Made by a program: the position numbers and the translations under genes. The notes beneath the pieces were generated by a model that had not been told where the DNA came from, ran no database searches, and saw nothing but the letters and a program-made list of their open reading frames with translations. From IMG/VR virus record IMGVR_UViG_2563366975_000004: 35,452 nt of DNA; one strand, written 5' to 3'. The DNA is from a virus. Its lineage: Duplodnaviria; Heunggongvirae; Uroviricota; Caudoviricetes. Below, in pieces: positions 1 through 8,415 of the stretch. Numbering within the stretch: position 1 is the first letter of the stretch; the number at the start of each line of letters is the position of its first letter.

Positions 1-1131
1 TCAAATGACCAGTTTTTTCCATTCCTTACCGCGTGCGTCGTTGTAAATATCGGTCATTTTTTGATTCGAATGGCCTAGCAAAATTTTGGTATCAACCCCC
101 TGCTCTCTGAACAATCGCTCTGATAAAGATCTCTGCTCATGGAAAGAGGGTGGGGTGCCATTAGCACGCCAGTTGTAATCCACAGAATCCCGGGCTTTTT
201 TAAATGCAACGGTTAATGTTGCTGGCTTAACCATCCCGCCGCGCTTAGCTGTCCCTTTCGCGTGATGGTGGTGCAATAGCCACGGACTAAGAACGCAATC
301 GCGGCAGGATGACACTACATCATCCAGGGTGAGATTTAATTTATCGCAACGCAGAGCCAGAGGGATGGCAATCCGGGTTCCTGTTTTTTGCTGTTCGACA
401 TGAAGATAACCATCCCGGATATCCGAAAATTGCATTTTGCAAATATCTGAAAGGCGCTGGCCTGTCATCAGTGCCAGCAGCATACCGCGCTGTAAAAAGT
501 AACCATTCTTTTCCGCTGCGTTATAAATCATCATCCACTCATCAAAAGTCAGTCGCTGTCTTGATATCCGCACCTGCGGTTTTTTTGCCGATTCTGCAGG
601 GTTAAAGCCTGGCGGGACATCGCCCGTTTGCTGAGCTTCCCGGAAAACATCGATCAGTACTTTCCTGAAAATTTGTCCCATTCTGTTATGTCCTCTGGCC
701 TTGTACTCTTCCAGTACTGATACCACATCTTTTACGGTTATGGCATCTAACGGTCTGGTGCCAAAACGTTCATCAAATACCCTGAGAGGGGCCGCTTTCT
801 GTTTCAGCGTGTTGAGTTTGATCTCGCCGTTTTCATATCTTTCCTGTTGAATTTTTCTGTAATTATTCAGAAAAATGGTAACGGTTGATGAACCGCCGGT
901 ATCACTAATAATTTTCTCCTGCAGACTGAGCATTTGTTCCATTTGCTGCCGGGCAAGACGGCTGTTCGCTTCTGCTGCAATAGTTTCTGCCAGTTTCTGG
1001 TCAATACTGCCGAGACCGTGATTTTTGCCTGTTATGGGATGCCTGTAACGCCAGTAAACTTTGTTATTTCTTTTGTCAAAATACGGAGATAATCCCGGAA
1101 CATCGGTTTTATATTTTCGCGGGCGCGCCAT
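1..1131 (-). CDS. int: Phage integrase, tyrosine site-specific recombinase (376 aa)
   Basis: Complete ORF with stop at window position 1-3; C-terminal HxxR and LLGHSN...TDIY catalytic-tyrosine context typical of tyrosine recombinases; excisionase-like ORF overlaps its start. Confidence 0.85.
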   Translation of the reverse strand: MARPRKYKTDVPGLSPYFDKRNNKVYWRYRHPITGKNHGLGSIDQKLAETIAAEANSRLARQQMEQMLSLQEKIISDTGGSSTVTIFLNNYRKIQQERYENGEIKLNTLKQKAAPLRVFDERFGTRPLDAITVKDVVSVLEEYKARGHNRMGQIFRKVLIDVFREAQQTGDVPPGFNPAESAKKPQVRISRQRLTFDEWMMIYNAAEKNGYFLQRGMLLALMTGQRLSDICKMQFSDIRDGYLHVEQQKTGTRIAIPLALRCDKLNLTLDDVVSSCRDCVLSPWLLHHHHAKGTAKRGGMVKPATLTVAFKKARDSVDYNWRANGTPPSFHEQRSLSERLFREQGVDTKILLGHSNQKMTDIYNDARGKEWKKLVI

Positions 1132-1357
1132 CTTCCAGTATCCTCTTCAAAGCAGGGTGATCTGTGGCGATCACCTCCGGCTTGTTTACCATTCCGACAA
1201 AGCGAGCTTGCGGATCCACTCGCCAGCGTCTTCCAACTTTTTTGGGGAGAGGAAATATCATTCCGGCTTTAGCGTATTTACTTAACGTACTCGGAGTAGG
1301 GACCGGTTCACTGAATTCCTCTTTTGCCCACTCAGTGAGCAAAATAAGTCTTGCCAT
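1109..1357 (-). CDS. xis: Excisionase-like small DNA-binding protein (82 aa)
   Basis: Small basic ORF immediately upstream of and overlapping int by 23 nt on the same strand; position and size fit lambdoid Xis. Confidence 0.6.
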   Translation of the reverse strand: MARLILLTEWAKEEFSEPVPTPSTLSKYAKAGMIFPLPKKVGRRWRVDPQARFVGMVNKPEVIATDHPALKRILEDGAPAKI

Positions 1358-1421
1358 GAGCGTCGTTCGCTAATCATGGTCGCCGCCACTATAGCTGGTG
1401 GGCAACGACCGGGGTTGAACA

Positions 1422-3893
1422 TTAAAAATCAGCCTGATTTGGGATCAGTTTTTGCCAGATAGCTGAAACGTATTTTGCCTGGTAACGGGCGTCATCAAGT
1501 GCATTATGGCGCTCACCTTCGAATGGAATAGCCGTTCTGGCATCGAAGTCTATGGCTTTCCCCAGCTCAACGATTGTGCGTACATCGCGATCGTTGTAGT
1601 AACGCCACGGGCAGGGGATCCCCTGCCGTTCGTATGAACGGCGCAAAATCGTGTTGTCGAAGTTGGCTCCATTTCCCCAAACCTGAACAAAAAATTCACC
1701 GGAGTTTTCGTCGATAAATTCCCGCAATTGTAACAGTGCATCATCTAACGGGATTTCATCGGTCATAATGGCAGATTGCGCTTCGCGTGATTGCTTAAGC
1801 CACCATTTAATGGTGTCCCGATCAATGACTCCGCCAGCAGTTTCCAGATCGATAGTCTTACTAAATTCCGGTCCCATATCTCCGGTTTGCGGATCGAAAA
1901 ATATTGCACCTATTGAGATGATCGGGGCATCAGGATTTTTTCCCATGGTTTCAAGGTCGATCATTAGATGGTCACACGTCCTGCTGGTGGATGTGATAAC
2001 GTGATGACCGTTCACCGTAATTAAGGGATCTGCCGTCTCGCCAGTTTCACTATCGCTGGCGTGGTCCTGAGCGCTGCCAGCATTCTCCTTGTGTGGATGT
2101 TCAGCGCCTTCCATTTTCTCCGAATCGTCTTCCTGAACTTCAACCTGGTTCTTGTCATCGAATGTTTCCTGGTATGTTGCGTCGCCCATCACCGCACCAC
2201 ATTCAGGGCAGTTGCCGCCGCCGGTCTGACCGTAGGCGGTGCAGATTTTTTCCGCTTCCTGTTGCGCTACTGGCTCAGGTTGTTTCGTTTCTGGCTCGTT
2301 TTGTAACGCATTTGGGCTGTTTTGTTCCGCTTTCTGGTCGTTCTGTTCCGTTTCTTGCTGGTTCTGGTTCACAGAATCGCGGGTCTGGTTCCCCTTAACC
2401 CATTTCGGATCATTCGGGTCGCTAATCCCTTCAACAAATTCACCACGTGATACAGCAAGCAACTGATCGGCGTCAGGCTGGCTGATATTGGCTGCCTGCA
2501 TAATTTTGTTTACTTCGTCAGCGGTAACTTTTACTGACCCTGGTTGTGCGGTCGTGTCAGATGCACCAGTATTTTGTTGTGAACCTGAGTATGTACCGTT
2601 TTTGCGGGCGAAATATTCTTCTTTCGTGATTTCAGTAGCCCCAGCAGACAGCGCCTTATCCAGACCAGAAAGTTTGTTTGCGCGACCGTATTTTTCGCCA
2701 TCCTTGTCGGTGAAGAGGAAGTAGAACGGCCCCTCACGCTCTACAGATGGTTCGACTTCCACTTTGCATTCAGTTTTTTCGTTGCCCGGAATTGCCGTTT
2801 CCACTGCATCAGTTTCTGGTACTGGCGACGAGAGAGTATCAGTTGCGCTCTGATTTGTTCCTTCATCTTCAAACACGCCCTTTGTAGTCAGGTATTCAGT
2901 AATGTATTTGTTCAGTGCCACAGGGTCTTTGTGAATGTCGATCGGACGTTCACGGACAAGGCCAAAAATAGTCTGGCGGTCGTAGCGAAGGGCATCAGGC
3001 TGTTTGCGCATTGATGCCGAGATACGCTTCCAGTCTTCGCGGTCGTTGTCGATAACTTCATTTTTTGCCCAGCGATGGATGCTGCCGTCAATGTTTCCGG
3101 CATCCACATCACCAGGCCAGAGAGCGTAGGCCAGTTCGTCATCCAGTGTTTTCCATGTCTGCTTGTATTCGCGATGAATGGCAGCAATGACCGGGTTGAT
3201 TTTTCCTGTTGAATTTTCAGTGTGCTGTTGATTGGCTCTGGCGCGGGCGAGATCAACAACAGACGTGTATTTTCCGGCTTCCTTGCGTTCACCTTCGCGA
3301 CGTTTTTTCCAGATGCGCATCTCTGCCTGAATTTCGGGCCATTTGGCACCAGGCTTACATTTATGCTTAACCCACCCGATGGCATGCAGCTTAAGCTCCG
3401 GATACATGGCGTTAACTTCTGGCATTTTCATCAACGCTTCAACGATATGTCCGTCGAATGTTGCCATGTCTTCCTGCAACAGTTCCTGCGCGCTAATCAC
3501 CATATCAACGGTGATGTTTTCACATGTGTCGAACTTAACCATGACAGCGTTCTGTACTTCAGGGGCCAGCTTGTCAAAAGTGACGTTCATCGGATCTGAT
3601 TCAGTCTCAACCGGGACAAAGGAAGCAGACGCCTCATCCCAGCGGTTTTCCTGCATATATTCAGCATCCCAGGAATCTAGGGCAGGGCGGGGTATACCGG
3701 GTTTATCCTCGCAGACAAGAAATTTATAAGCGCAGTCCTGAGCAGCCGGATAATGTTCCAGGAATTGCCAGTGAAATTTTGCGCGGGCGCGACGTTCATC
3801 ACCGGCTTCAATGGCAGTGGCTACAGCGACGGCACCTTCTTCCTTTATTGCCTGTTCGTCCGGAATGGCGGCGCAAATAAAGACTTTACTCAT
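1422..3893 (-). CDS. Phage exonuclease with C-terminal DnaQ-like (DEDD) 3'-5' exonuclease domain (823 aa)
   Basis: Long ORF; C-terminus contains MIDLETMG...GNGANFD...HNALDDA motifs resembling DEDDh exonucleases; long acidic low-complexity linker; early-left position next to xis/int. Confidence 0.65.
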   Translation of the reverse strand: MSKVFICAAIPDEQAIKEEGAVAVATAIEAGDERRARAKFHWQFLEHYPAAQDCAYKFLVCEDKPGIPRPALDSWDAEYMQENRWDEASASFVPVETESDPMNVTFDKLAPEVQNAVMVKFDTCENITVDMVISAQELLQEDMATFDGHIVEALMKMPEVNAMYPELKLHAIGWVKHKCKPGAKWPEIQAEMRIWKKRREGERKEAGKYTSVVDLARARANQQHTENSTGKINPVIAAIHREYKQTWKTLDDELAYALWPGDVDAGNIDGSIHRWAKNEVIDNDREDWKRISASMRKQPDALRYDRQTIFGLVRERPIDIHKDPVALNKYITEYLTTKGVFEDEGTNQSATDTLSSPVPETDAVETAIPGNEKTECKVEVEPSVEREGPFYFLFTDKDGEKYGRANKLSGLDKALSAGATEITKEEYFARKNGTYSGSQQNTGASDTTAQPGSVKVTADEVNKIMQAANISQPDADQLLAVSRGEFVEGISDPNDPKWVKGNQTRDSVNQNQQETEQNDQKAEQNSPNALQNEPETKQPEPVAQQEAEKICTAYGQTGGGNCPECGAVMGDATYQETFDDKNQVEVQEDDSEKMEGAEHPHKENAGSAQDHASDSETGETADPLITVNGHHVITSTSRTCDHLMIDLETMGKNPDAPIISIGAIFFDPQTGDMGPEFSKTIDLETAGGVIDRDTIKWWLKQSREAQSAIMTDEIPLDDALLQLREFIDENSGEFFVQVWGNGANFDNTILRRSYERQGIPCPWRYYNDRDVRTIVELGKAIDFDARTAIPFEGERHNALDDARYQAKYVSAIWQKLIPNQADF

Positions 3894-3972
3894 TTTGTTT
3901 TACCTCATTACAGATTTAAGGGTGAACAAATCCCTGCCATTGCTGGCATATAAAAATGAAACTGGATATTAA

Positions 3973-4182
3973 TTACGGCGCTGTTTTTAATCCTGCCGGG
4001 ATTTCGTTATTGTCCATGTGAATAACTTTATCGACCGGATAACAGTTGCCGGGAATTTTCTGTTCCGCTGCGGCAGCCATGCATTCTTTCATTGAGTTGT
4101 ACATGCCGGTGATTGCATCAAGCGACTCACCAGTATTGAGATGTACAGTCAAAATGAGTACGAATAATGTGTTCATCGCCAC
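3973..4182 (-). CDS. Small membrane/secreted protein, YdfD-like by position (69 aa)
   Basis: N-terminal hydrophobic segment MAMNTLFVLILTVHL; lies immediately downstream of the dicB-like gene as ydfD does in Qin. Confidence 0.45.
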   Translation of the reverse strand: MAMNTLFVLILTVHLNTGESLDAITGMYNSMKECMAAAAEQKIPGNCYPVDKVIHMDNNEIPAGLKTAP

Positions 4183-4361
4183 TCTCCGAAAATACCGAGT
4201 TTAAGAAGGGCAATTCTGGAGAGTATGGAATTGTCATTCAGCAGGTAGGGTTCATATTTTCTCATATTGATTGCATCCTCGGTGAAATCCCTGTTACTGA
4301 GCAGAACACCAATATTAAAGCACCCGTCAGACGTATTAACGTTTGGTAGTGACGTTTCCAT
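4173..4361 (-). CDS. dicB: Cell-division inhibitor DicB-like protein (62 aa)
   Basis: 62-aa product with recalled DicB-like motifs (LPNVNTS.GCF.IGV..SN..FTEDAIN.RK); located downstream of a DicF sRNA in the same orientation. Confidence 0.7.
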   Translation of the reverse strand: METSLPNVNTSDGCFNIGVLLSNRDFTEDAINMRKYEPYLLNDNSILSRIALLKLGIFGEWR

Positions 4362-4371
4362 TATCGCGTCC

Positions 4372-4929
4372 TCAACAATGAATTTTTAGCAATTGCTCCA
4401 CAGTCATATTTTTAATTGCGCTCCGGTTTACAAGAGTCCATCCTTGTTTCTCCAGATAAAACCGGAAGGTATCCAGGGTGCAGACCATTGCGTCGTCAGG
4501 AACGGTTTCAGTGAATTTGATATTGCCGTGTTCGTCGAGACGGATAACCAGGGTGCGTCCGTCCCCGTGAATCATTTTGTCGGGAGACGGGGCGTTATTC
4601 TGGCGCAGTTCTGCTTCCATGCGGTCGAACTCAGCAATGTATGCCTCTTTAAATGCAGCGGCTTTTTTGCCAGTGAAGCCCATCACCAGGAAAACGAAGC
4701 CGTTTTTGGTGATTTGGTACATTGGGAGTTTGCGCCCGGTTGAGTCGGTGTATTCGCTTGACACAAAATTGTGCTCAGTGAATTTTGCTGAACAGTCCAG
4801 ATTGCGAATTTTATCCAACACTCGTTCGTGGCGTTTGCCAAAGAACTCGGCGATCGCAACAGACGTAGTGACAGCGCGACCATTTTCGATGGTTACGTCA
4901 GGGTGAGAAAGGGTAAGGATAGTAGCCAT
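4372..4929 (-). CDS. Phage regulatory protein Rha family (about 186 aa, start at internal ATG)
   Basis: Rha-domain motif VTTSVAIAEFFGKRHERVLDKIRNL near N-terminus; GGAGG 8 nt upstream of the ATG at 4929; the 284-aa track ORF extends upstream across an intrinsic terminator so I prefer the internal start. Confidence 0.6.
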   Translation of the reverse strand: MATILTLSHPDVTIENGRAVTTSVAIAEFFGKRHERVLDKIRNLDCSAKFTEHNFVSSEYTDSTGRKLPMYQITKNGFVFLVMGFTGKKAAAFKEAYIAEFDRMEAELRQNNAPSPDKMIHGDGRTLVIRLDEHGNIKFTETVPDDAMVCTLDTFRFYLEKQGWTLVNRSAIKNMTVEQLLKIHC

Positions 4930-5096
4930 GATGGCAGCCTCCGCGATGAATTTGATTAACTCACCACCGAGGTTTTCCACGACCATAAGGGTGGTGAGAC
5001 GTACAGGGGTGGAAATACCGGTCATCACGGAACCCGGCCAGCCTTGCGGCTGCCCTGCACGCCCCACCATAATGCGAATGTGGCTGTGCTTAACGC

Positions 5097-5121
5097 ATAA
5101 AAAAACCGCCTGAGCGCGGTT
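5097..5121 (-). terminator. Rho-independent terminator (minus strand)
   Basis: Inverted repeat aaccgc/gcggtt with 6-nt loop followed on the minus strand by a run of 7 T. Confidence 0.5.
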
Positions 5122-5414
5122 ATGCGCCGTGAATGATTTCGGGTTTCCACGCCCGGCACCCGTTTTATGAGGTGCAGGTGCACTATAATTCCACCCGTTC
5201 TGGTTTTCAATAGCTACATTCAACATTTTCTCTACCTTTCATCACCGAAGTGAACTTTGTTGATGCGGTGCCTGGTGCCTCCAGGTGACGTTAACCAGTT
5301 AACAATTAACGTCGGATACAGAGCATTCCCGTTACGCCCGTAAAAGACCGCTTGTTTTAACTGTTCCGCGTGCGCTGAGCCGCATTCACCGCATCACAAA
5401 ATTCACTTTAAAAA

Positions 5415-5467
5415 GGGCGGCAGAGCAGTCACGGAGTAGAACTGATACCGCCAAAAGTCACCAGAAA
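5415..5467 (-). ncRNA. dicF: DicF small RNA (53 nt)
   Basis: Minus-strand sequence TTTCTGGTGACTTTTGGCGGTATCAGTTCTACTCCGTGACTGCTCTGCCGCCC followed by TTTTT; matches my recollection of E. coli DicF apart from about 2 substitutions. Confidence 0.75.
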
Positions 5468-5802
5468 ATTGATAACAGAGGGCGTTGCAGCGGAGTTGTC
5501 ACTTAAGCGTATGGTCAACCTGACAACCCGGTGTCCTCAACGGGGGAAGGAATAACCCCGCCATACTTACCGCCGCGCCATTTCGCGGATTGCCACAACC
5601 GGAAGCGCACGGTCGACGAAAATTTAACGACAGGCTATCTATGAACCAGCTACCTCACCGAGCGCTTTCGCGTTATGGTCTGACTTTTCAGGGAAATATC
5701 CTTTCAGTAAACTGTCAGTGCCGGATGCTCACCCGTGTCCGGCGCACGCACTCCACCTCACCCGTGGAGAACTCCTTAATCACCAACCCTCAGGAGGGTG
5801 AA

Positions 5803-6078
5803 ATGTCGACTGAAAATGATGAAATCATTAACTCCCTGATACGCCAGATTAATAATTTTGATAAAGCATTGCAGCATGCTGCGGCGCGTAGTGATATAAC
5901 TCTTTTAGCAATTTCATTTCTTGCATCTGTTATGGATAAAAATGAAGTCGTACGACAGAGTCTTGTTGATTATATCGACTCGCTTCAACCCGGCACTTTC
6001 AATCATGAGAGCTTCAATCATGAGAAAGAGCATGTTAAGTCTGTAATTAATTCTCTTATTTTGAATCAAAAGAATTAA
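5803..6078 (+). CDS. Hypothetical protein (91 aa), opposite orientation to the surrounding operon
   Basis: Internal ATG preceded by AGGAGGGTG-aa RBS; AT-rich; contains a tandem 12-bp repeat encoding FNHESFNHE; the 162-aa track ORF upstream extension lacks an RBS. Confidence 0.5.
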   Translation: MSTENDEIINSLIRQINNFDKALQHAAARSDITLLAISFLASVMDKNEVVRQSLVDYIDSLQPGTFNHESFNHEKEHVKSVINSLILNQKN

Positions 6079-6376
6079 TGCTTTTTGTTGCAAAGTAATT
6101 TTCAAGGGGTTCTATTCGAATCCCTTTCTTTTTCATTAACAAGCCAAACCCCTTATCAATGATGTCCATTAGATCCAGGAAGTATTTTTCATGTAAATCC
6201 TGGTTATCAGAGAGCTGCTTCTCTTCGTACAGACCGATAAAGGCACGACGCACGTTACCGGATATAGTATCGATGGTTTCTTTTTCTACGGTACTCAGGT
6301 CAAGAGTCGCCAGTTGGGAACGAACTATATTCGCTGCCATTTCCTGGAATGGCATTGGTAAATCTTTAAATTCCAT
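6056..6376 (-). CDS. Hypothetical protein (106 aa)
   Basis: ORF with GAGG RBS 7 nt upstream of ATG; converges on and overlaps the 3' end of the 5803..6078 gene by 23 nt. Confidence 0.5.
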   Translation of the reverse strand: MEFKDLPMPFQEMAANIVRSQLATLDLSTVEKETIDTISGNVRRAFIGLYEEKQLSDNQDLHEKYFLDLMDIIDKGFGLLMKKKGIRIEPLENYFATKSINSFDSK

Positions 6377-6398
6377 TATTAGCCTCGTTGGTTAGCTA

Positions 6399-6617
6399 TT
6401 AACGTGGGTATGTAACCATTCTGGCAATGCTTAATGCCGCTGCTTTTTCCAGCCTGGTGATATCCTGCTCCAGAGCGGACAGATTTTCAGCCTGCTTAGT
6501 CCTGGCTTCATTGGCCCATTTCAGATCCTGCGCTGCATTAATTTTCTGGCGCATCCACTCATAAAGTTCATCATCGGTATAGTCTGGCGCGATGATGACG
6601 GGTTCTCGTTTCTGCAT
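6399..6617 (-). CDS. YdfC-like small coiled-coil protein (72 aa)
   Basis: 72 aa, same size and relative position as ydfC in the Qin dicB operon. Confidence 0.55.
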   Translation of the reverse strand: MQKREPVIIAPDYTDDELYEWMRQKINAAQDLKWANEARTKQAENLSALEQDITRLEKAAALSIARMVTYPR

Positions 6618-6646
6618 ACTGATTCCTCGCGGTGCTGTTTCGCTTA

Positions 6647-6775
6647 TCAGCCGTTAGATTTTGCCGAACTGGAAAGCACCTGTTTAAATTCGTTGAAGCT
6701 GTGAGCTTCTTCGCCTTCGGCAAGGCCTTCGAAGTATTCTTCGTAAGCCTTTTCCATGATTGTGTCAAAATCCAT
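6647..6775 (-). CDS. YdfB-like small protein (42 aa; not in ORF track)
   Basis: Hand translation MDFDTIMEKAYEEYFEGLAEGEEAHSFNEFKQVLSSSAKSNG with double stop; GGTGAG RBS; size and position match ydfB. Confidence 0.5.
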   Translation of the reverse strand: MDFDTIMEKAYEEYFEGLAEGEEAHSFNEFKQVLSSSAKSNG

Positions 6776-6776
6776 A

Positions 6777-6932
6777 TCACTCACCTGAGTTTCTTTCCAG
6801 CCAGCGACGGGCACCATTTTCGGTTTTAAACGTTTTGCTTTTGGTATACGTCATTGCGGTGAACGTACCGTCCTGGTTGGGGAACACGCCACATACCAGA
6901 GATTCGCTGTTGCCAAGATCGATAGTATCCAT
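6777..6932 (-). CDS. YdfA-like small protein (51 aa from internal ATG)
   Basis: MDTIDLGNSESLVCGVFPNQDGTFTAMTYTKSKTFKTENGARRWLERNSGE; GAGG 5 nt upstream of ATG; stop abuts ydfB-like start. Confidence 0.55.
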   Translation of the reverse strand: MDTIDLGNSESLVCGVFPNQDGTFTAMTYTKSKTFKTENGARRWLERNSGE

Positions 6933-7117
6933 GCTGACCTCATTTCCCCTTAACGCCGGGGTAGCGGAACTAAAAAACTGCTGCGCTGTTATATAAAGTG
7001 TTCCCGCCGTCATGTTCATACGCCTCGGGCTGGCTACTTAACCCCTGACCACTGCCGGGTAACTCGAAGTATTGCCTGGCGTTCTGTGGGGCGGGGTGGG
7101 TTGGTATGAAAAGAAGG

Positions 7118-7155
7118 ATACCCATAGGTATTTAAAAAGTAAATACCCATGGGTA
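7118..7155. promoter_or_regulatory. Left-operator-like palindromic sites (2 copies) beside the repressor gene
   Basis: ATACCCATAGGTAT and the perfect palindrome TACCCATGGGTA; share ACC-N-GGTA half-sites with the three sites between repressor and cro-like genes. Confidence 0.45.
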
Positions 7156-7197
7156 AATTTTTGCGGTGTCTTAACTGGTGACTAGTTGTTTGGTGAG

Positions 7198-7617
7198 CTA
7201 TGATGCGTTTTGTGCTTTCTTTTTACGGATTTCTTCGTAGATCATATTGTAATACTGTTTTTTCTCTTCAAGAGTTTTTAATAATTTATCCGCTTCACTT
7301 TCTGGCAGTTCGTCTAAGAGATCTAAAAAAATACGTTGTCGTGGCGTTAGAACCCTTGTTTCATAACTGGAGGCTGTGTTCGTTGATGATGAAACGATAC
7401 CATCCATCCATCCCCGGGGTAACCCAAAGGACTCTTCGATAATCTCCACCATATCATCAGCGATCCGTTTTTTTCCCTTTTTCCCCTCTGGGTACAACAT
7501 TCTTGATACATAAGAAGGCTCGCGCCCGATCTTTCTGGCCACGTTAACCGCTTTACCATCGCATTTCTCATCACGAATTTTGATGAGTTGCTGTCGTCTA
7601 AATTCATATTTGTCCAT
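7198..7617 (-). CDS. Prophage immunity repressor (CI/DicA functional analogue), HTH protein (139 aa)
   Basis: HTH-like segment GKAVNVARKIGREPSYVSRM; divergent from a Cro-like gene with repeated operator sites in the intergenic region. Confidence 0.7.
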   Translation of the reverse strand: MDKYEFRRQQLIKIRDEKCDGKAVNVARKIGREPSYVSRMLYPEGKKGKKRIADDMVEIIEESFGLPRGWMDGIVSSSTNTASSYETRVLTPRQRIFLDLLDELPESEADKLLKTLEEKKQYYNMIYEEIRKKKAQNAS

Positions 7618-7637
7618 AGGTAAATAATAGATGCGAT

Positions 7638-7689
7638 TACCGCAAGGTAAACAACCTGTGGGTATTGACTTTTGTTTACCTGTGGGTAT
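7638..7689. promoter_or_regulatory. Right-operator region: three sites with ACC-N4-GGTA(T) symmetry between repressor and cro-like gene
   Basis: TACCGCAAGGTA (7638..7649), ACCTGTGGGTAT (7654..7665), TACCTGTGGGTAT (7677..7689); followed by AAGGAG RBS and ATG at 7718. Confidence 0.55.
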
Positions 7690-7717
7690 TCTTTGCTGTG
7701 TTTACTAAGGAGTAGCT

Positions 7718-7999
7718 ATGGAAGAATTAAGAATATTTCTCAATTCTCTTTCGTCAGATGAACAGCGTATGTTTGCATGCGAGTGTGGTACCAGCATCGG
7801 TTATCTAAGAAAGGCATTGAGTAAAGGTCAAGTGTTAGGGGCATCGTTATGTGTCCTTATTGAGCGAGCCAGTAATGGTGAAGTTACACGTCAGCAACTA
7901 AGGCCTTTTGATTGGATGAATATTTGGCCCGAGCTGGAAGATACCAAAACGTTAACACAACCACTTTCTAGGAGCTTGATTCATGAAAATCAAGCATGA
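7718..7999 (+). CDS. Cro-like / YdaS-family HTH regulator (93 aa)
   Basis: First gene of rightward operon; HTH-like GTSIGYLRKALSKGQ; resembles YdaS-type Cro analogues of Rac-like prophages. Confidence 0.6.
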   Translation: MEELRIFLNSLSSDEQRMFACECGTSIGYLRKALSKGQVLGASLCVLIERASNGEVTRQQLRPFDWMNIWPELEDTKTLTQPLSRSLIHENQA

Positions 8000-8408
8000 A
8001 CACATCCGCATGGCGATGAATGTCTGGGCGCATCCGGACGGCGAAAAAGTGCCGGCTGCGAAAATTACCAAAGCGTATTTCGAGCTGGGAATGACGTTCC
8101 CGGAACTGTATGACGACAGCCATCCGGAAGCCCTGGCCCGTAATACCCAGAAAATTTTCCGTTGGCTGGATAAAGACACCCCTGATGCTGTTGAAAAAAT
8201 GCAGGCTCTGTTACCGGCGATCGAAAAGGCGATGCCGCCTTTGCTGGTGGCCCGTATGCGCAGCCACAGTTCTGAATATTACCGTGAGATCGTCGAACGG
8301 AGGGATCGGCTGGTGAAGGATGTCGATGATTTTGTTGCGTCAGCGGTTGTTTTGTATGACCAGATGAATCGCGGCGGCCCGGCAGGGAATGCTGTGGTGA
8401 TGCACTAA
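7983..8408 (+). CDS. YdaT-like protein (CII-position regulator), 141 aa
   Basis: Follows and overlaps the YdaS-like gene as ydaS-ydaT pairs do; size about 140 aa. Confidence 0.5.
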   Translation: MKIKHEHIRMAMNVWAHPDGEKVPAAKITKAYFELGMTFPELYDDSHPEALARNTQKIFRWLDKDTPDAVEKMQALLPAIEKAMPPLLVARMRSHSSEYYREIVERRDRLVKDVDDFVASAVVLYDQMNRGGPAGNAVVMH

Positions 8409-8415
8409 AAGCACG

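Noticed and set aside
1061-1373. Plus-strand ORFs 1061..1285 and 1164..1373 overlapping int/xis
   Set aside because: Lie antisense to well-supported int and xis genes, have no ribosome-binding site and no protein-like features; treated as shadow ORFs.
1550-3729. Numerous 60-160 aa ORFs on both strands inside the exonuclease gene
   Set aside because: All are contained within or antisense to the 823-aa exonuclease ORF and have low-complexity, Cys/Arg-rich translations typical of out-of-frame reading.
4372-5226. Full-length 284-aa reading of the Rha-like ORF
   Set aside because: N-terminal 99 codons cross an intrinsic terminator and lack protein-like composition; internal start at 4929 with GGAGG RBS preferred.
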